Below the pieces are notes generated by a model. The model was not told the DNA's origin. It made no database searches and saw only the letters and a list, made by a program, of their open reading frames with translations. From Nemertoderma westbladi (lineage: Eukaryota; Animalia; Xenacoelomorpha): a stretch of 45,144 bases of DNA. The stretch spans positions 1 through 45,144 of the forward strand of contig JAUCBJ010006678.1 of assembly GCA_032718475.1 (NCBI GenBank). The letters run 5' to 3'. A program made the translations under genes and the position numbers. Each line of letters opens with the position of its first letter. Position 1 is the first letter of the stretch. Positions 30,646 through 42,394 of this stretch are shown one piece after another.

Positions 30646-31354
30646 AAGTACAGTAGTAGGAAACATACTGATTTGTAACCAGGAACTAAAATTTGTAACC
30701 ATCCCAGGTACACAAATTTGTAACTGGGAACGCCAATTAAAAAACCAGGCACTGAGATTTGTAACCAGGAACTCTAATTTATTAAAAGACTCTCAGATTT
30801 GTAATTAGAAACTCCGATTTGTAACCATAACCAGGAAATCAATCAAATTAGTAATCGCTACCAGATGACTGTTTTTTTTATAAAACAAAAGGTCGGTTCC
30901 TTATTGGGTCCTCTAGGCCCATTACTAGGAAATACAGTATGATTGATGACTTACGACTTGCTTAACGGCGTCTTGACGCCGTCACTAGTATATATATAAA
31001 TGTAATTAAATAAAAATTATTCTAGAAAAACTTTCCTCAAAAAGTATGCAGTCTTGGCATTTGTGATGCGAAACTAGGCTAGTGAGATTCAGGATAATGC
31101 GTTTAATATAAAAATCGAAAACGCTATCGAATTCCGTAAAGGCGTTAATAAAAGACTGCAACTTTTTGAAATTTGTAAAATTCTAGAACTACAAAAAATT
31201 AATCTTTGAACGGCGCTGTTTGGGGTTTCGAAACATGGATAGGCTAAAAGAGGACATCGAATTAAGTTGAAAAATAAAAACCCCATCGAATTTGGACAAT
31301 GCGTTCCGGGGTTATAGCGGATCGAAAAAAGTCGCCAAAAATTTACAGTAATTT

Positions 31355-31593
31355 TGTAGTGAGCGCGATTCTCGCATTAGCGCGACTCACATCATTTCAA
31401 CGTAATATATTCAGATATTACAGTCAGGAACATGTACTATGTTGACACCAGGACAGCTGGTGTGGCACCGGTAGGTACATATATAAAGGCAGTAAACGGT
31501 AGTATGAGTGTAATATGAAGACTGACACGGACAGCAGTATGTTGTCCGTCGAAAGTGAAAGAATCTCACAGTTCGATATCTGTTACCGCTACA
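31355..31593 (-). repeat. CsRn1-like 3' LTR (239 bp)
   Basis: TGTAG...CTACA termini; identical to 35514-35721 over 208 bp. Confidence 0.93.
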
Positions 31594-31614
31594 CCACTCC
31601 CCCCAGAACCGTGA

Positions 31615-34600
31615 TTAAAAAAAATACTTCGGCTGTCGGATTTCCCGCCCAATTCGAGTAGTTACGGGAAGTTCGGACGGAGTTTCCGCTAGGTGGGGTG
31701 AGGGAGTAGGAGGTTCAGCCGGGGTGGTACTGGCAGTGGGTGGTCGACCACGGTGTGGCGGGACGGCCACTGCAACGGGCTGGTCGATCGCGAGGTGGGC
31801 CGGTTTTAGTCTGTCGACGGATATAGTTTCGCGCCGACCACCCACCTCGACGATGAATGTTTTGGGCCCCCGTTCCGCTACTTTATACGGCCCTGTGTAG
31901 GGCCGCTGTAAGGGGCCGCGGTGTGCGTCAGTACGCACAAAGACGTACTCGCTTGTACTGAGCTGAGGAGGCACAGATGAGCCGGGTTTCCCGTGTCGCG
32001 AAGTTGGTGTTGGCACGAACTGCCTCGCGTGTTTGTGGAGGTCCTGAAGGAAGGCTGTGGATTCCGGTGGGTTGGTTGGCGAGGCGACGAAGTCACCGGG
32101 CACTGTTAGTGGTGAGCCATACACCAACTCAGCCGAGGAGCAGTTCAGGTCTTCCTTTGGGGCGGTCCGGTTGCCGAGAAGGGCCCAGGGCAGTTCATCC
32201 ACCCAGTTGGGGCCGGTTAGTCGGGCCCTCAGGGACGCCTTGAGGGAGCGGTGGAACCGTTCCACCAGACCGTTTGCCTGCGGGTGGTACGACGTGGTCC
32301 GGTGGAGTTTCGTCCCGAGGAGGCGGTTGACTTCGGACCACAACTCCGAGGTGAACTGGGCGCCACGGTCGGAGGAGAGTTCGGCCGGGATGCCGAACCG
32401 GGCGATCCAGTGGGCTACGAGAGCGCGGGCGCAGGTCTCGGTTGTTGAGTCGGCGAGCGGAATGGCCTCGGGCCAACGCGTCGTCCGGTCGACGATGGTG
32501 AAGAGGTAGGTGAACCCTTGGGATGGAGGGAGGGGACCTACCAGGTCGACGTTAACGTGATCGAAGCGACGACGTGGGACAGTGAAGGTCTCCAGTGGAG
32601 CCTTCGTATGGCGCTGAACCTTGGAGGTCTGGCAGGCGACGCAGGCCTTGGCCAAGGCATCTCGACCTGTTTGGCGAGGCCGTGCCAGACAAAGCGCTCC
32701 GAGATGAGCTTCCGAGTTGAGCGGATGGACGGATGGGACAGGGAGTGGACTACGTCGAACACGCGACGGCGCCACGAACTCGGGACGAGCGGCCGGGGTT
32801 GGCCAGTCGAGATGTCGCAGAGAAGCGTGACGTCCTTCTCCATGAACGTGACGTCACGCAGGTCAAGGCTACCTGGGTTCCTCCGGATGGTCTGGAGTTC
32901 GTTGTCCTCCCGCTGGGCGGCCGCCATGGCGGTGTAGTCAACCCCGAGTTGGGTCGACAGGTGGCCCACGAAGCTGCGGGAGAGGGCGTCCGCCACCTGG
33001 TTGTCCTTCCCGTCAACATGATGTACATTGGTGGTGAACTCAGATATGTATGCCAGGTGGCGCTGTTGACGGGGAGACCAGGGGTCAGTGACCTTGGCGA
33101 ACGCGTGGGTCAGCGGTTTGTGGTCCGTATAGGAAGTCCGGAAGTGGCGGACCGCAAGGTACAGGCCGAGGAGTTCGTGGTCGTAGGCGCTGTACTTCCG
33201 TTCCGGAGGGCGGAGTTGGCGGCTGAAGAAGGCGAGCGGCCGCACTTCCCATCGGACCACTGCTCGAGGGCCGCGCCGACTGCGGAGTCGGAGGCGTCGG
33301 TGGTGATGGAGGTTGGGGCGTCGTGGCGGGGGTGGACGAGCATGGTGGCGTCCGCGAGGGCCCACTTGGAGGACTCGAAAGCGGCGGTGAGTTCGGGAGT
33401 CCAGTCGACGTCCTTAACCTTGGTGGCGACGGCGGCATAAAGGGGCTGCATGGTGGCAGCAACTGCGGGAATAAATCGGTGGTAAAACGTTACCATACCG
33501 ATAAATTCCCGCAACCCTTTAGTGGTGGTTGGACAAGGGAAGGAGCGGACGGCTTCCACTTTGTCCGGGAGCGGATGGACTCCGGACTCGTTGACGATGT
33601 GTCCGAGGAACTGGATCTCCGCCACCCCGAACTCGCACTTCTCCAGGTTGACGACAAGGCCATTGTCCTGGAGTCGTTGGAAGAGTTGGTGGAGGTGGAC
33701 GAGGTGTTCCTCGGGGGTCGCGCTTGCGATGAGAATGTCGTCCAGGTACGCGAAGAGGAAGTCCAACCCAGCGCAGACGGAGTCCATCAGGCGTTGGAAG
33801 GCCTGGGCGGCATTCTTGAGGCCGAACGGCATCCGGACAAACTCGAAGAGTCCGAACGGAGTGATAACGGCGGTCTTGGGAACGTCGCCGGGGGCCACAG
33901 GGATCTGGTGGTAGCCCCGCACCAGGTCGACCTTAGAGAAGATCGTGGCTCAGGCGAGACGCGCCGAGAAGTCCTGGATGTGCGGGACTGGGTAGCGATC
34001 GGGGGTCGTGGCGTCGTTGAGGAGACGGTAGTCCCCGCAGGGGCACCAACCCCCGGCCGGCTTGGGCGTCATATGGAGGGGAGACGACCAGGGACTATTC
34101 GAACGGCGAATAATCCCCATCTCCTCCATCTTGCTGAACTCCGCCCGCGCGATCTCGAGTTTATCCGGCGGGAGTCGTCGAGCGCGGGCGTGGACGGGGC
34201 GACCGGCGGTCGGGATGTAATGCTCCACGCCGTGGCGAGTAGACGAGTCCGAGAAGGTCGGCGTCGTGATGGAGGAGAACTCCGCCAGGAGGTCGGCGTA
34301 GACTCGATCTACGGCCGTCAACGCGAGTTGAGGGTGGGTTCCTGGGATGGCGGAGGAGGAGCAACGGAGGGGGATCGGCTGGAAGGTTTCCATGTCGATG
34401 AGTTGCTGCCCCTTGACGTCCACCATCAGGGCGTGGTCGCAGAGGAAGTCCGCCCCTAGCAACGGCTGGGGGACGTCCGCGATCACGAAGTCCCAGTTGA
34501 ACTGGCGGCCGTTGAACCGCAGAGGAACTCCGCGGGTTCCGTAGGAACGGATCGGTGATCCGTTGATGGCGCAGAGCGGCGGTCTGGTACGACCGGAACG

Positions 34601-34783
34601 GGTGTCGAATCCGCTGGCGGGAAACACGCTCACCTGGGCGCCGGTGTCCACGAGGAAGTGGTGGCCGGAGTTTCGGTCCCAGAGGTAGAGGAGGTTGTCC
34701 CGCTGGTGGTAGCGACCAGTCGACGCAGCGGCTAGCGTCGGCTGGTCGGAGCGTTTCCCGGGAAGCTGCACGGCGACCGGCAC
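31615..34783 (-). pseudogene. pol: CsRn1-like pol (PR, RT, RNase H, integrase) with several frameshifts/deletions
   Basis: FLVDTGA; GYHQIP..PFGLKNA..YLDD; TDAS, TDHKPL, VADALSR; VDLVGPLP, SDRGAQF, NGLVERFHR, GPY module, spread over ORFs 33950..34783, 33110..33922, 32538..33365 and 31615..32775. Confidence 0.93.
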
Positions 34784-35457
34784 TGCTTGGCGGCACTACC
34801 AAACCGGGCGTGGTAGTAGCACAACCCGTCGGTGTCGGGTCGAGCAGTACCGGATGAGTTCGTGGTCGCCTTCGTGGGTTGCAGCGCGGAGGAGTTCTTC
34901 GTCGGTAGTGAGTTCGTCACCCGGTTTAATCCGGCTGGTTGGGAGACTCCCTGCTGTTTGGCCAGCCACAGAACGTCGGCGGTGGCAGCCAGGGCGCGGG
35001 GATCCTCGAAAGAGTTGTTGGAGACCTGGAGCCGGATGTCCTCGGGGAGCTGCTCCAGAAAGAGCTGCTCGAACAGCAGACACGGAGTATGGCCGGCGAG
35101 GAGCCCCAACATCTCGTCCATCAACTGGGACGGCTTGCGGTCGCCCAGCCCGCGCATCCGCAGCAGCTTCGCGGCGCGCTCGCGTCGACTCAAGGCGAAA
35201 GTTCCGAGGAGTCGAGCCTTCAGAGCCTTGAGTGATTCGTATTTCCCTTCGGAAGGCGGGGCGGTGAGGATGTCCAGTAGACGGGCGGCGGTGGGTTGAT
35301 CCAGAGCGGCGACAACGTAGAAATATTTAGTCGTGTCGTCGACGATCCTCCGGATGCTAAACTGGGCCTCCACCTGGGCAAACCATACCGACGGGTTTTC
35401 GGCCCAGAAGTGTGGCAGTTTAACTCCAACCACGTTGACATTTGCCTCGTTAGCCAT
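34732..35457 (-). CDS. gag: CsRn1-like Gag (241 aa)
   Basis: KLPHFW..NP..WF.QVEAQF, LGDRKPSQL, CYYHARFG..A..C..PC (CHCC). Confidence 0.93.
   Translation of the reverse strand: MANEANVNVVGVKLPHFWAENPSVWFAQVEAQFSIRRIVDDTTKYFYVVAALDQPTAARLLDILTAPPSEGKYESLKALKARLLGTFALSRRERAAKLLRMRGLGDRKPSQLMDEMLGLLAGHTPCLLFEQLFLEQLPEDIRLQVSNNSFEDPRALAATADVLWLAKQQGVSQPAGLNRVTNSLPTKNSSALQPTKATTNSSGTARPDTDGLCYYHARFGSAAKQCRSPCSFPGNAPTSRR
34753..34759 (-). other. -1 ribosomal frameshift slippery site G GGA AAC
   Basis: X XXY YYZ heptamer in the gag/pol overlap (gag FPGN, pol GKRS). Confidence 0.75.
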
Positions 35458-35499
35458 TATGTATAAACAGATGTTATTGACGCAAACCCGTTTGCGTCA

Positions 35500-35512
35500 G
35501 TCTGGGTCACCA
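35500..35512 (-). other. primer-binding site, tRNA-Trp-like (TGGTGACCCAGAC)
   Basis: Adjacent to the 5' LTR; one mismatch to the canonical TGGTGACCCCGAC. Confidence 0.8.
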
Positions 35513-35513
35513 A

Positions 35514-35721
35514 TGTAGTGAGCGCGATTCTCGCATTAGCGCGACTCACATCATTTCAACGTAATATATTCAGATATTACAGTCAGGAACATGTACTATG
35601 TTGACACCAGGACAGCTGGTGTGGCACCGGTAGGTACATATATAAAGGCAGTAAACGGTAGTATGAGTGTAATATGAAGACTGACACGGACAGCAGTATG
35701 TTGTCCGTCGAAAGTGAAAGA
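35514..35721 (-). repeat. CsRn1-like 5' LTR, outer 31 bp missing
   Basis: Identity with the 3' LTR ends after gaaagtgaaaga. Confidence 0.9.
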
Positions 35722-35757
35722 CAGGGGGGAACATAGGTAAAATGAAATAAAACTAAG

Positions 35758-37493
35758 AGAAATTGGCACTTTGGGATGGTAGAGAACACAGGACATTGTG
35801 GAGCAGTGGCGATGGGCCAGCTCATGGGGCTTGTCTGCCACAAGCCGATGGACTGGGGTAAGTTCCGAGAGGAGTACGGAGCGGAACTGGCGAACTCGCT
35901 GAAATGGGGAGCGAGGCCAGGGAAACAGGAGGTATATCAGTTCCAAAGGGGAGCGATTTAGATATATCAGAAGAGATATATCTTACAGGAGGATTGGATA
36001 ATGATAGGTTTATTAAACCTATTCATGGCCGTGGTTATCGGAAGAGAGCCAATGGCGTTTCTGCTATCAGGAACACCTCTAAACTACAGGAGAGCCTTTA
36101 AGGTGGCCTTCGAAGGTCTGGCAGACCACCCGGGGCTGAAGGGCGAGTCGGTGTACTACGATAGCCGGCACCTAGTAGACAGAGAGGTGGACACACCATA
36201 CAAGAGGTGGGAGAAGCTGGAAGCAGATAGAGTCGAGTAGAAGAGACTGGAGGGGATCGCCAAGCGAGAAAGGAGGGAAGCATACGAGAGAGAGTCGGAT
36301 ATAAGGGGAGAGGAGTACGGGTTCGAAGCCCAGGACTTAGACGAGCTAAGGTGGGGATCAGGGAGCTCGGGTGAGTTTCTGGGGGAGGAACTGGGATGGA
36401 TGGAGGGATCACCGAAACAGTCGACATCGGGATTGCAAGTGATGCCCATACCAGGGGGCTTCGAGGGTGATTTTGCAAGGAAGAGACCGAGGGAGCAGGA
36501 AGGGTGGAAAGTCACGGGTGGAAACCGAGGCGGAAAGGGGCACATTGGAACTACCGGGCTACCGGGTCCGGATCCACTCCCAGCGAGGAAGGAAGATGAC
36601 GACGAGTCCGGGGAGATGCCGCCCATTGAGAGGATCGGCCACTCAGATACGGACTGGGTGGGTGGGAGAGTGGTGACGGCCAGCGGGGCGAGAGCCTTCT
36701 GGGATAAACCCGGCAAGCTGGCCTGGGTGCACGAGGAGCCGGTGATGGATTTCGCGGGAAGCATGATCAGGCTAGGCGAGCAACCGGGAACGGCACCACA
36801 GGTAGTGTTTGGGGAGATGATGCCGAGGGGGGAGGAGGACGTTGATATGGGTAGGGCCTACAATGTCCAGATGTTTGCCTATCAACGGCTCCACAGACCT
36901 AGGAGACTGTTCGGCGCAAAGGACGACTTGGGGTGGGACGCGTTGATACATGGCTGTGAATACTGCGGGAGGCTAACTCACCAGGAAAAGAGTTGTTTGT
37001 ATCGATTTCAGAAGGGGACGAGCTGCCTCTACTGCCGCGAGTCGACCCATAGGATGGGTGCATATCCGAGGCTGCACAACCGCTGCTCAAAGTGAAACTT
37101 TCGAGGGCACTATGGGCGCCAGTGCGACTGGATGGACGATGAAGAGAAGTTTAAGATCTTCGAGGAGTGGGCCGACGTCGGCGTCATGAAACGACAGAGG
37201 ATGAAGGCCCAGGAGTTCCAGTGGGGCTTCTTCAACATCAATCCGGGAGCCCACAAGGAGATTATCAAGAGCAGACTGCCATTCACATACCAGGAGGTAG
37301 TGACAGCGGCATCATATGGTCGAGTCATCAACATGCAGAGATACTTGGATAGGTGGATGCTAGAGAACAGTGGCGAGTTCAGGGACTTTCTGGCGGAACA
37401 CGTGCCGCAAGCGATGAAAATGATCCTGTGGGACGCTACCAGGGGGAAGCAGGAGAGGCACTCAGCTCAGAAGAGCCACCTGCAAAGCGTTAC
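35758..37493 (+). pseudogene. second copy of the exonuclease/zinc-knuckle accessory gene (N-terminus deleted, in-frame stops, cut by LINE)
   Basis: ORFs 35776, 36001, 36400 and 37132 are all in one frame; G...G..HKP..F..EYG, Y...E, CEYC..H..C, CLYC....H, RCSK*NFRGH, FEEWAD..WGFF. Confidence 0.75.
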
Positions 37494-39168
37494 TACTAGG
37501 ATCGGCATGCTGCATTGCAGCTGCATTTTTAAGAATGCTGTGCCGGCTTGTCAACAAAATTGCACCGCCACAACTCCCTATCACCCATGACATTTGCTAG
37601 ATCATCCGCATCTTTAAGGCCAGTGTCCTTTAAGATGCGTCTCAAGAAAGTCATGGGCTGTCCACCATGCTTATTCACTCCATGAGGCTGCCAAAGTACA
37701 AGATTATGCACTGGCTGGTCCTCACGGCGAAAGCAATGTCCTGCAAAGCGGAGGCGGTTTTGTTCTAGTGTCAAGCTTGGGGGAACCAATGAGACACCTC
37801 CAATGTTATATAGTGTCTGGTTGGAGATGTGTGCATTGTACTTGACACAATGAACCCGGCGTAGCATTCTTGTGAATGTGCCATCCAGAGATTTGGTGTC
37901 CTCAGCAGTTAGAGCCCAGCATGGACTCCCGTAGAGGAGTACTGGAACTACTGCTGCTCTAAATAATCGGACCTTAAGTTTCCGATTAATTCTCGGTGAC
38001 TTCCAAATCCTGGAAAGCCTATTCAAGGCTGCCCATGCCTTTCCCTTACGTATTCGAAGGTCCTCACCTGACTTCCGGATCCATGATCCCAGGTAACAGA
38101 AGTCGTCCACATGCTCAAGCATACCATCCTTTGAGCTTATGCTCATCCGATCAGAGGCTTGCTGAGGACTTTCAAAGTTAACTGTCAGAATTTTGGTCTT
38201 TCTGGAGTTAATAAAAAGACCAACACTAGAAGCAGCATGTTCTAATGAGCTGAGGAGCAGTTGGGCTCCCTCTAATGATTCTGAGAGTACTCCTAAGTCA
38301 TCAGCAAAGTCTAGATCAGTTAGGTACTTGGCAGGATTTCCTCGACTTCTGGAGCCAGTAGGTGGAGTTATCATCACCCCATCATCATTATAATGATGAT
38401 GGGGTGATGATAACTCCACCTACTGGCTCCAGAAGTCGAGGAAATCCTAAGGACATGCGTAGAACATAGTCAACCACAATAATGAGCAAGAATGGTGCAA
38501 GTGTGTCTCCTTGGAGGACGCCCCATAACACTTCAAATGGTTCTGTGTCACCGTCAACAGTGGACACAAATGTTGTCGAACCATCGTATACTGATCTGAT
38601 TGCTGCAATAATTTCATCAAGAATCCCATATAATGAAAGTATGCTGAACATACGTGAGCGAGAGACTGAATCAAAGTCCTTGAAGAAGTCAACAAAGAAA
38701 ACAGCCAGATGCCTGTCTTTCTTTTTTGATAACTCTTCAATTATCCTTCTAAGTGCCAAAATGGGCTCCATGGTCCCTCGACCTTTACGGAACCCATTCT
38801 GATTTCCACGGAGCAGTCTCTCAATGGGATCCCTGATGCGATTTAATAGAATCCTATTGTATAGCTTTGCAGCAATCGAGATCAATGAGATTCCCCGAAA
38901 AGAACCATAGAGTGTTAGGTTGCCCTTCTTGGGAACTGGCACCAACTTATTTGTTTTCATTTCTTGTGGGACTCTTGTTGTTCGGTACATGTCTACTATG
39001 ATGGGATAGATGAGCTTTAAACACTCAGGTATTTTAAAGACCTCAGGGGGAACACCATCTACTCCACTGGCACGATTGGTCTTAATGCTCTTTGCAGCAG
39101 CCTTCACTTCTGCAAAGGAGATATCGCCAATGGGAATATCTGGGAGTCTGCAATATAGTCTGGAATAT
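37494..39168 (-). mobile_element. 5'-truncated RTE-like non-LTR retrotransposon (RT only)
   Basis: 14-bp TSD CTGCAAAGCGTTAC (37480-37493, 39169-39182); PVPKKG, RGISL, QNGFR.GR, QGDTLAP, FADD, YLGS, RLRFAGH. Confidence 0.93.
38333..38448. repeat. perfect 116-bp palindrome inside the LINE RT
   Basis: 58-bp arms, no spacer, centre ...catta|taatg... Confidence 0.95.
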
Positions 39169-40098
39169 CTGCAAAGCGTTACCGGGAGTTGATAACACCA
39201 GCACTCAAAGAACCGACGACGGGGATTAGCAAGACAGTAACGACAAGAATGAGAAGTCTCAGGGAGGAGAAGCTGGAGGGAAGGAAGATGTCCAGACAAG
39301 ACGATGACAGGGGGAAAGAACTAAGATGGTTCCCGAAGATGGGAGGAGCGAACTATAACTCAGAGAAGGAGATGTGGGCGTGCCTGGAAGGCACCACATG
39401 TGGGACTAAAATACGAACTCCTAAGTGCAAATAATTAAATGCAATTAGTATGTATGTATGTAGATAATCAATACAATCAATATGAATATATAATCAAAGT
39501 AAGTACTATAGTCATATATAACCTTTTTCCAATTAGCTACTGGGATTGGGGACCACTTGACTACGATAATTGGACGAGACTTTAGACGGATCTCACTGAC
39601 ATGGTGCACACATGCATGAGACCCGATGAGAGAAAGGAGAGTGGGAACAAAAGTGGGTTGAGTACGAGGGAATTATGGAGAGGAGGTGTTGGCGTGTGAG
39701 GAAGTAAAATAAGTTAAATTCAAGCGTGGGGAGCGAGCAGTGAGAGAAGAAGGGTCCCAAGGGACCGGAGACAGAATAAGGGACAACGAGGTCCATGAGA
39801 GAGAGAGTAAGGGACAGAGAGGTCCGTGAGGAAGATTAGAGTAACGTTGTGAAAATTGTGTGAAGAGAGAGCACAATTGTTTCAAACAGAGACACCAGAT
39901 ACCTTGGTGCAACATAGCTCGTGATTGCACCAAGGAAGGGCAGTAATAACACACCCAGGGGGGGGCGGTCTGGAAAGCCGACCCCGAGAAAAGAACTCCA
40001 CCCCACACCCGATATTAGATTGGGTTCCAACGGAATTGAAGCGCACTTAAGGTTGATACTATCTTCTTACCGGGAAGATAGCATGGGGGGGGGGGGAG

Positions 40099-40707
40099 TG
40101 TAAGCAGTTTCAATTCCACTACATTATCCACCCGAAAATGGGACCAGTGGCATTTTACCAATATAGTTGGGAATACGAGATTACCAATAATAATCTCGCC
40201 TCATAACCAACTTTGGGGGGGGGGGGGGGCGACACAAGCCCTAAAGCCACAGAGAGTGAACAAAGTGACAATTAGTATATTAGCCAATAGCAGAGAGGGA
40301 AGCACGTGATCAGAGATAGGAAAGCATCCACTGGGTACAGAAGGCCAAGTAGAGTAAGAGGTGAAACCAATATCTGTGTGTATCAATCATATAACTACTC
40401 TGTATTACTGATTTACCGGTCAGTTCATTAATCACAGAGTTGCAGACCGGTCATAGTTTACGAGCGTCACCTTCACCAACATCACCAATCAATATCTATT
40501 ACTGATTTACTGCTGTCATTCTGTATTGTGATATCAATTACGTACTGATTCTGTGCTATTATCATTCGGAACATTAACATTGAGATAAACACAAACTCTG
40601 TTATTTTCCCTGACGGCCTTAGGCCAAAACGACTATAGTTCAACGGCCCCAGCAGAACGGTGACGCATACGAAATCTAACCCGGTCGGGATCTACGATCC
40701 CGTCACA
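40099..40707 (+). repeat. putative 3' LTR (~609 bp)
   Basis: TGTAAG after a G12-AG PPT; ends ...GTCACA before AT-rich flank. Single copy only. Confidence 0.55.
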
Positions 40708-40917
40708 GCCAATTTTTCCTAGGATTTGATTTTATAACTGCTAATAATAGTAATAATTTTTGTTAACGGTACATTTAAAATTATTAAAGTTATTTAGTAA
40801 GTAGTAATAAATTAAACATAGGAAAAACTGGTCCAAAGTTGCCTTGTTAAGTTTCGGCCCACAGTTGTCATATTCAAAGCCTGTCAAAATTTGATTGCAA
40901 GTTTAATGCTTTTAATC

Positions 40918-41213
40918 TGTGATCTAAGTTCGCTTTACTTTTAACGTGGGTTCTAAGTTCACTTCGCGACTATTATGATTACCCAGGGCTTATTTTAATA
41001 TAATAAAGTCTGAAAGTGGGATCTAAGTTCACCTTGTTATGATCTAAGTTCACCTAGTTAGGATCTAAGTTCACCTAGTTAGGATCTAAGTTCACCTAGT
41101 TAGGTTCTAAAAGTTCACCTAGTTGGGATCTAATTTCACCCAGATAGGATCTATGTTCACAAAGATCTAAGTTCATCAAAGTCCTGAAGTCAGGCCTTGC
41201 AGGATCTAAGTTC
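40918..41213 (-). repeat. inverted copy of the GAACTTAGATCC minisatellite (ggatctaagttc units)
   Basis: About 10 GGATCTAAGTTC cores, ~21-bp period in the dense part. Confidence 0.85.
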
Positions 41214-41546
41214 GTTTTCCCGTAGGCTAGTACTGTACCGGTAGTACTGCAGTACTGTAGAGGGCCTATCTGCCTATGCTCATGTAAAGATTATCGCACA
41301 TTTATCATTGACTGACTCACAGATCTCATGTTATGGCATCCTGGTACTGTAGAAGAAGTAATAGTCTTCATAATGTTGGAATTTATTGGAATGGTACCGG
41401 CATTATTTTGATTGGCCTAGGCTTAGGCCTATTATTTTCAGGTAAGCAATAGCCTGATATCTGAATAGGCAGATAGGCTGATAGGGCCTACCGGCAGACC
41501 GGTCCGGTAGCGATACTGCAATGTACTGCAATAACCCAGTACATAC

Positions 41547-42394
41547 TAGGGCTCGATCGGAGTTGGGATTTGGCCGGAGCCGGAGCAGGAGCCGGAGTTG
41601 GACAATTTGGCCGGAGCCGGAGCAGGAGCCGGAGTTTTTCAAAAATTTTAAAAATTTAATTATTTATTTAAAAAAAAATAAAGTATGGTTATCGTTCGCC
41701 AATCGCTCACAATCAATCATACTGTAGGTCTAATTAATTTCATAATTTATAGATTTACAAATTTTCAATTTAAAATTTAAGTAATTAATTTATCACGGAC
41801 AGACGGCCTGACGCTGACGGCGACGGCCTGATGCTGACGGCGACGGCCTGATGCTGACAGCGACGGCCTGACGCTGACGGCTAAAAATTACCTACAGTAC
41901 CTAACTCGCTAACTGTCTAACTGTGGTAGAGGTGTGTACTGTAGGTAAGGCTGTAAGGTAGCCTACCGCTACCGTACGTGTACCAGTACTGCAGTACAGT
42001 ATGCTGGCATGCTTGACAGCAGTAAATGGCTGCAGTGGTACAGTCTGACAGTGTACAATCATAGCATTTACAATTTTTTAAAGTAGGGCCTATCTGTCTG
42101 TCTGTAATAGTCTGCTAGTCAGCCAGCTGGCCAGTACCAGTACTGCAGTACAGTCAGTCAGTCATTGACTTTAAGTAAATACTGCAGTATTATCAGATTA
42201 TACTTGATATTGAAGCTGTACTACAGTAGGCCTAGGCTACTTATAGTGTTAAATAATTGTTCAGATTAGAATATGCACGAAATATAATACTTTATTAAAA
42301 AATTAACTCCGGCAATATTTTTACCGGAGCCGGAGCAGGAGCCGGAGGTGCCAAAATAGCCGGAGCCGGAGGCCGGAGCTCCGATCGAGCCCTA
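41547..42394. mobile_element. hAT-type MITE (848 bp)
   Basis: 16-bp TIR TAGGGCTCGATCGGAG/CTCCGATCGAGCCCTA; 8-bp TSD GTACATAC; subterminal GCCGGA repeats; internal 20-bp tandem at ~41800-41880. Confidence 0.93.

Larger units (their letters stand above)
29776..30988 (+). mobile_element. non-autonomous Helitron-like element carrying tandem arrays
   Basis: 3' hairpin acggcgtc-tt-gacgccgt followed by CTAG|T (30985-30988). The 5' A|TC boundary is tentative. Confidence 0.5.
31355..35721 (-). mobile_element. Ty3/Gypsy LTR retrotransposon, CsRn1/Boudicca clade
   Basis: LTRs 31355-31593 and 35514-35721, tRNA-Trp-like PBS, CHCC gag motif, GGGAAAC frameshift site, PPT at 31594-31604. Confidence 0.93.
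35722..40707 (+). mobile_element. 3' remnant of another LTR retrotransposon with the exonuclease/zinc-knuckle accessory gene
   Basis: Accessory ORF homologous to 14536-17136, purine-rich 3' region, G-run PPT at 40085-40098, then TGT...ACA putative LTR. Confidence 0.62.

Noticed and set aside
31878-35299. many long overlapping/antisense ORFs (e.g. 33323..34459 +)
   Set aside because: Shadow ORFs of GC-rich Gypsy gag-pol.
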